Shown: piece after piece, positions 60,722 through 64,000 of the stretch | How positions within the stretch are numbered: the stretch's first letter is position 1 | Layout of the letters: each line of letters starts with the position of its first letter | NCBI GenBank assembly: GCA_963838235.1 | Contig: CAWIQJ010000001.1 | Span: 28,686 to 92,685, forward strand | DNA from: an uncultured Pseudomonadota bacterium | GTDB lineage: Bacteria > Pseudomonadota > Alphaproteobacteria > Caulobacterales > Caulobacteraceae | Length of the DNA: 64,000 nt | Reading direction: 5' to 3' | Notes under the pieces: generated by a model | Databases searched by the model: none | Told to the model about the DNA's origin: nothing | The model's input: only the letters and a program-made list of their open reading frames with translations | Program-made: the position numbers and the translations under genes

Positions 60722-60737
60722 TGTGATATATATCACG
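60722..60737. promoter_or_regulatory. CRP-like palindrome TGTGA-N6-TCACg
   Basis: The perfect 14-bp palindrome GTGATATATATCAC lies in the crp/fnr-norZ divergent intergenic region. Confidence 0.45.
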
Positions 60738-60744
60738 GATCGCG

Positions 60745-60758
60745 TTGATATAGATCAA
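60745..60758. promoter_or_regulatory. FNR/Dnr box TTGAT-N4-ATCAA
   Basis: Exact consensus half-sites (gTTGATatagATCAAc), about 90 nt upstream of the norZ ATG. Confidence 0.6.
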
Positions 60759-60841
60759 CGCTTGAAGAGCTGGTCGTCGCCAGGTTGCGGCAGGACGCTG
60801 GTCGGAACTGCGGACACTCGGCCCGGGAGGACAAGGGGAAA

Positions 60842-63184
60842 ATGGACACGGACACGCGCGCGAGCGCCGCTGAACACCCGACGGTAGACCCGGTCAGCAA
60901 CATCCTCAAATGGGTGCTCCTGCTCGTGGCGATCAGCACGTTCGCCTGCCTCGGCTGGGCCACATGGCAGACATATACCGCCGCCCCGCCCCAGCCGGAC
61001 CGGTATGTCGCCACCGACGGACAAGTCCTGATGACCAACGACGACATCGTGGCCGGCAAGGCTGGATTCCAGCGCGCCGACCTTATGGACTACGGCAGTC
61101 TCTACGGCATGGGGTCCTATTTCGGCGAGGACTACACCGCATCGAATCTCGTGGCCCTGGCGACCCTGACCCAGAGCAACATCGCCGCCGCCCGATTTGG
61201 GCGGCCTTTTGCCCTCCTGAAGCCCGAACAAACGTGGCTCGTCCACACTTCGATGCAGGCAGAGCTTCAGGGGCTGGACCTCACGGCCAAACAGGCCACG
61301 GTCCCGCCGGCCCTCGCCGCCGCCATCACCACCTTGCGCGGACAGATTAGCACCCAGCTACTGCACGACGATTTCGCCAAGGGCTGGACGCACGCCGCCA
61401 GCCTGGATGCGGCCAGCGCGGCGCAGACCGCCGACTTCCTGATCTATTCCTCGCTGACAACCGTTGCACGGCGACCAGGGAGCCAGACCTCCTGGACTCA
61501 AAACTGGCCGTTCGAACCCTTGGTGGGCAATGCGCCGTCGGCCTCCACCTTCCTCTGGACCTGGGCCAGCATCGGATTCACGTTCCTGGCCATGGGCATG
61601 GTGCTGTTCGTCTATGAGCGTTACCTCAACACACCCGACAATGCGCCGATGGACCCGGTTCTGGCCAAGTTCCGGCCATTGACGTCCAGCCAGCGCAAGA
61701 CCGGGAAATACTTCCTGGTCGTAGCCCTGGTGTTCCTGCTGCAGATTCTCGTGGGCGCGATCATGGCCCACTACTACTCCGAGCGCGCAGACTTCTACGG
61801 CCTGGCCGTAGACAAGTTCCTGCCGTTCAATTTCCTGCGCGACGTCCACACCCAGACGCCGATCGTTTGGATCGGCCTCTCCTGGATCGCGGCGGCGCTC
61901 TTTCTCGCGCCAGCGATCAGCGGACAAGAGGCAAGGTGGCAGGGTCTGTTGGTCGATGTGCTGTTCTACGTCACCCTCGCGGTCGTGGTTGGCGCGCTGG
62001 CCGGCGACTACTTCGGGGTGATGGGATACATCGGGAAGGGCTGGTTCTGGTTCGGCAACCAGGGCCTATCCTATATTCAGTTGGGCCGATTCTGGCAGAT
62101 CGGCTTCTTCTCCGGCCTGGTTATCTGGAGCCTCTTGGTGTTCCGCGCGATGTGGCCGACGCGCTTGATGCTGTCCCAGGCGACACGTCAGTTCTGGAGC
62201 GGCGCGATCCGGCTAGAGAATCTCTTGTGGGCGTCGACGATAAACATCGCGCTCCTCTACGCCTTCGGCATGATCCCGCTTACCGGGATCGAGAATTCGT
62301 TCACCATCACCGATTTCTGGCGCTGGTGGGTGGTTCACCTTTGGGTCGAGCAATCGTTCGAGTTTTTCGCTGCGGCGATGAGCGCCTACTTGCTGATGGC
62401 CATCGGCCTGGTGTCGCGCAAGCTGGCCGAGCGAGCGGTCTATTTCGAGCTGATCCTGATCTTCCTGGGAGGCGTGCTGGGCACCGGCCACCACCTCTAC
62501 TGGGTCGGCGGCCCGGATCTCTGGGTGCCGCTGGGATCGATCTTCTCGTTCATAGAGGTCTTGCCGCTGGTGCTGTTGATTCTCGATGCGATCCGCCATC
62601 GCCAAATGATCAAGAGCCAGACCGAGTTCAAATACGGCCTCGCCTATACCTATATCCTCGGCGCGGCGTTCTGGAATTTCGTGGGTGCCGGCGTCTTCGG
62701 CGGCGGCGTGCTGAACGCGCCGCTCGTGAACTACTACGAGCACGGAACGTTCCTGACGCTGAACCATGCGCACACCGCGCTTTTCGGTGCCTTCGGCCTC
62801 CTGGGTCTTGGCCTGATCTATTTTTGCCTTCGCTACATGGCCGGCGAGAACGCCAAGTTCGGCGAAAGGCTCGGACGCTGGGCTTTTTGGCTCTACAATG
62901 GCGGCTTGGCGCTTTGGATCGTCTTCAACTTCTTCCCGATCGGCTGGGCACAGCTGGAGGCGGTCTACAGCCACGGTTACGCCTACGCCCGCAGTGCGGC
63001 CTTCTATGAAACCACCCTGTTCTGGCAGTGGATGCGCTTCCCAGGCGACGTGGTCTTCGCACTCGGGGCCTTGCTGATGGCATGGGACTTCGTCATCAAG
63101 CTGCGGCCAATCTTCCCGCGTTTCATCGAGCGGGCGATCCCAGGTCGCCGCGGCGATCCCAGAGCGACCGACGCGGCGTCATGA
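60842..63184 (+). CDS. norZ: quinol-dependent nitric oxide reductase (qNOR, NorZ), large single-subunit type
   Basis: 780 aa. N-terminal TM plus periplasmic extension fused to a NorB/heme-copper oxidase core (multiple His ligands, e.g. HLWVEQSFEFF, GTGHHLYW, LNHAHTALFGAFG). Confidence 0.9.
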   Translation: MDTDTRASAAEHPTVDPVSNILKWVLLLVAISTFACLGWATWQTYTAAPPQPDRYVATDGQVLMTNDDIVAGKAGFQRADLMDYGSLYGMGSYFGEDYTASNLVALATLTQSNIAAARFGRPFALLKPEQTWLVHTSMQAELQGLDLTAKQATVPPALAAAITTLRGQISTQLLHDDFAKGWTHAASLDAASAAQTADFLIYSSLTTVARRPGSQTSWTQNWPFEPLVGNAPSASTFLWTWASIGFTFLAMGMVLFVYERYLNTPDNAPMDPVLAKFRPLTSSQRKTGKYFLVVALVFLLQILVGAIMAHYYSERADFYGLAVDKFLPFNFLRDVHTQTPIVWIGLSWIAAALFLAPAISGQEARWQGLLVDVLFYVTLAVVVGALAGDYFGVMGYIGKGWFWFGNQGLSYIQLGRFWQIGFFSGLVIWSLLVFRAMWPTRLMLSQATRQFWSGAIRLENLLWASTINIALLYAFGMIPLTGIENSFTITDFWRWWVVHLWVEQSFEFFAAAMSAYLLMAIGLVSRKLAERAVYFELILIFLGGVLGTGHHLYWVGGPDLWVPLGSIFSFIEVLPLVLLILDAIRHRQMIKSQTEFKYGLAYTYILGAAFWNFVGAGVFGGGVLNAPLVNYYEHGTFLTLNHAHTALFGAFGLLGLGLIYFCLRYMAGENAKFGERLGRWAFWLYNGGLALWIVFNFFPIGWAQLEAVYSHGYAYARSAAFYETTLFWQWMRFPGDVVFALGALLMAWDFVIKLRPIFPRFIERAIPGRRGDPRATDAAS

Positions 63185-63444
63185 ACATTGACTCACTTCG
63201 CGACGGCTGACAGAGGCTCCAGTTAGGTCGCCTTCTGCCGGAAGCCCCTGGGCTCGATCCAAACGCTCATGTCGTCGCTGGACCTCAGGCCAGCACGCGA
63301 GTGCAGCGTGCGGCTGAAGGGGTTCGTGTCCTGCCGAAAGCTCTCGTGCGAGCGGACGTTCTCGATCGTGCGGCGGCCAGAACTACCTACTGGCGGGCCA
63401 CACCGGATGCTGGCCGGCTCAGTCAGTAATCGGCGGGCCTTTTT

Positions 63445-63669
63445 TTGCCTGCAATCAACCCACAAGGATACGCTGCCTTTTTGACGCTTGGCGTCCCAGT
63501 TCGCTTGGAAGGCATCAGACCTGAATTTCCGTGCAAAGAGTGGTCCCCCCAAGTCTCAGCCAGCGAGGAGGCCACGACGACACGCAAACCCTTGCGCGGC
63601 GTCCAAGCACATGCCCGCCTCAGGCGACCCAGCCCCGAGTGTGAATTTGTCGGGGCCGCGTGCGGCTGA
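63445..63669 (+). pseudogene. XRE-like module copy C (N-terminal block conserved, HTH part degenerate)
   Basis: TTG start and the upstream 45 nt are shared with copy B. NPQGYAAFLTLGVPVRLEGIRPEF is conserved. Downstream sequence shows only a faint residual resemblance to the HTH, in any frame. Confidence 0.4.
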
Positions 63670-63857
63670 GGGCACTCCCTCACCAACGCGTTCGTCCGTA
63701 GCCAAGTGCGCAGGGTTTCGAAATAGGTCGGAATGAAACGGTTCAGGTGGCGCAGCTCCCTGGGGCCCCCGGTCCGCGCCGCCCACATCGTGTGCTTAGC
63801 CCTGGGAATGATCGCGATGGCGTAATTCCTGTCGCCGGGACCGGCCGTCGCGGCCTG

Positions 63858-64000
63858 CTAGGCGTGATGCGCCGCAAGCCACGCGTCGATCCCGGCCTTC
63901 ATCTTCTGTTGGGCGACGGTGTCCTCATGCCTTTTGGCGACGGTTTTCAGCTCCGCCTGGTCGATGGGCCTGAGTTTGTGGCCGTACGCCTCAGCGTGCG
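63858..64000 (-). CDS. 3' end of an unidentified gene (5' part outside the window)
   Basis: Minus-frame ...AHAEAYGHKLRPIDQAELKTVAKRHEDTVAQQKMKAGIDAWLAAHHA* is open to the window edge. I recognise no family. Confidence 0.3.
   Translation of the reverse strand, partial: HAEAYGHKLRPIDQAELKTVAKRHEDTVAQQKMKAGIDAWLAAHHA

Noticed and set aside
63223-63552. 109-aa minus ORF downstream of norZ
   Set aside because: Its 5' half is antisense to module C and its shared upstream flank. Only the last ~45 codons lie outside the module, and I recognise no family. It may be a gene relic, but I cannot support that.

Overview
Very GC-rich alphaproteobacterial chromosome segment. It looks Caulobacterales-like, based on a GapR/DUF2312 nucleoid protein, flm/pse flagellin-glycosylation genes, a TacA-like sigma-54 regulator and a DUF1013 protein. 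Most of the window is housekeeping: ccmG, yciB, ftsY, ugd, kynurenine pathway, mnmC, motA, rpmJ, gapR, pntAA-AB-B, rpsU, COQ9, purEK, ubiX. I could support three accessory regions. (1) A pseudaminic-acid (pse/flm) glycosylation island at ~7.4-19.8 kb, interrupted by a decayed IS5/IS1182-family element with adjacent low-GC DNA, and also carrying a Tat-signal LanC-like protein. (2) A type III PKS-ICMT pair at ~32-33.6 kb. (3) A 3' mosaic at ~53.4-64 kb, where three same-orientation copies of a small XRE-like gene module bracket two unrelated cassettes: BlaI/BlaR1 plus two tandem serine hydrolases, and Crp/Fnr plus qNOR. This is my best candidate for something undescribed. Three families of MITE-like inverted-repeat elements and one 56-bp tandem repeat fill intergenic gaps. 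Many conserved genes, including essential ftsY, carry clustered frameshifts while long neighbouring genes are intact. This points to locally poor assembly quality rather than real gene decay, so genes typed 'pseudogene' below may be intact in vivo. By eye I saw no rRNA, tRNA or CRISPR array. All protein family calls rest on reading the supplied translations and on remembered family motifs; no database search was run.
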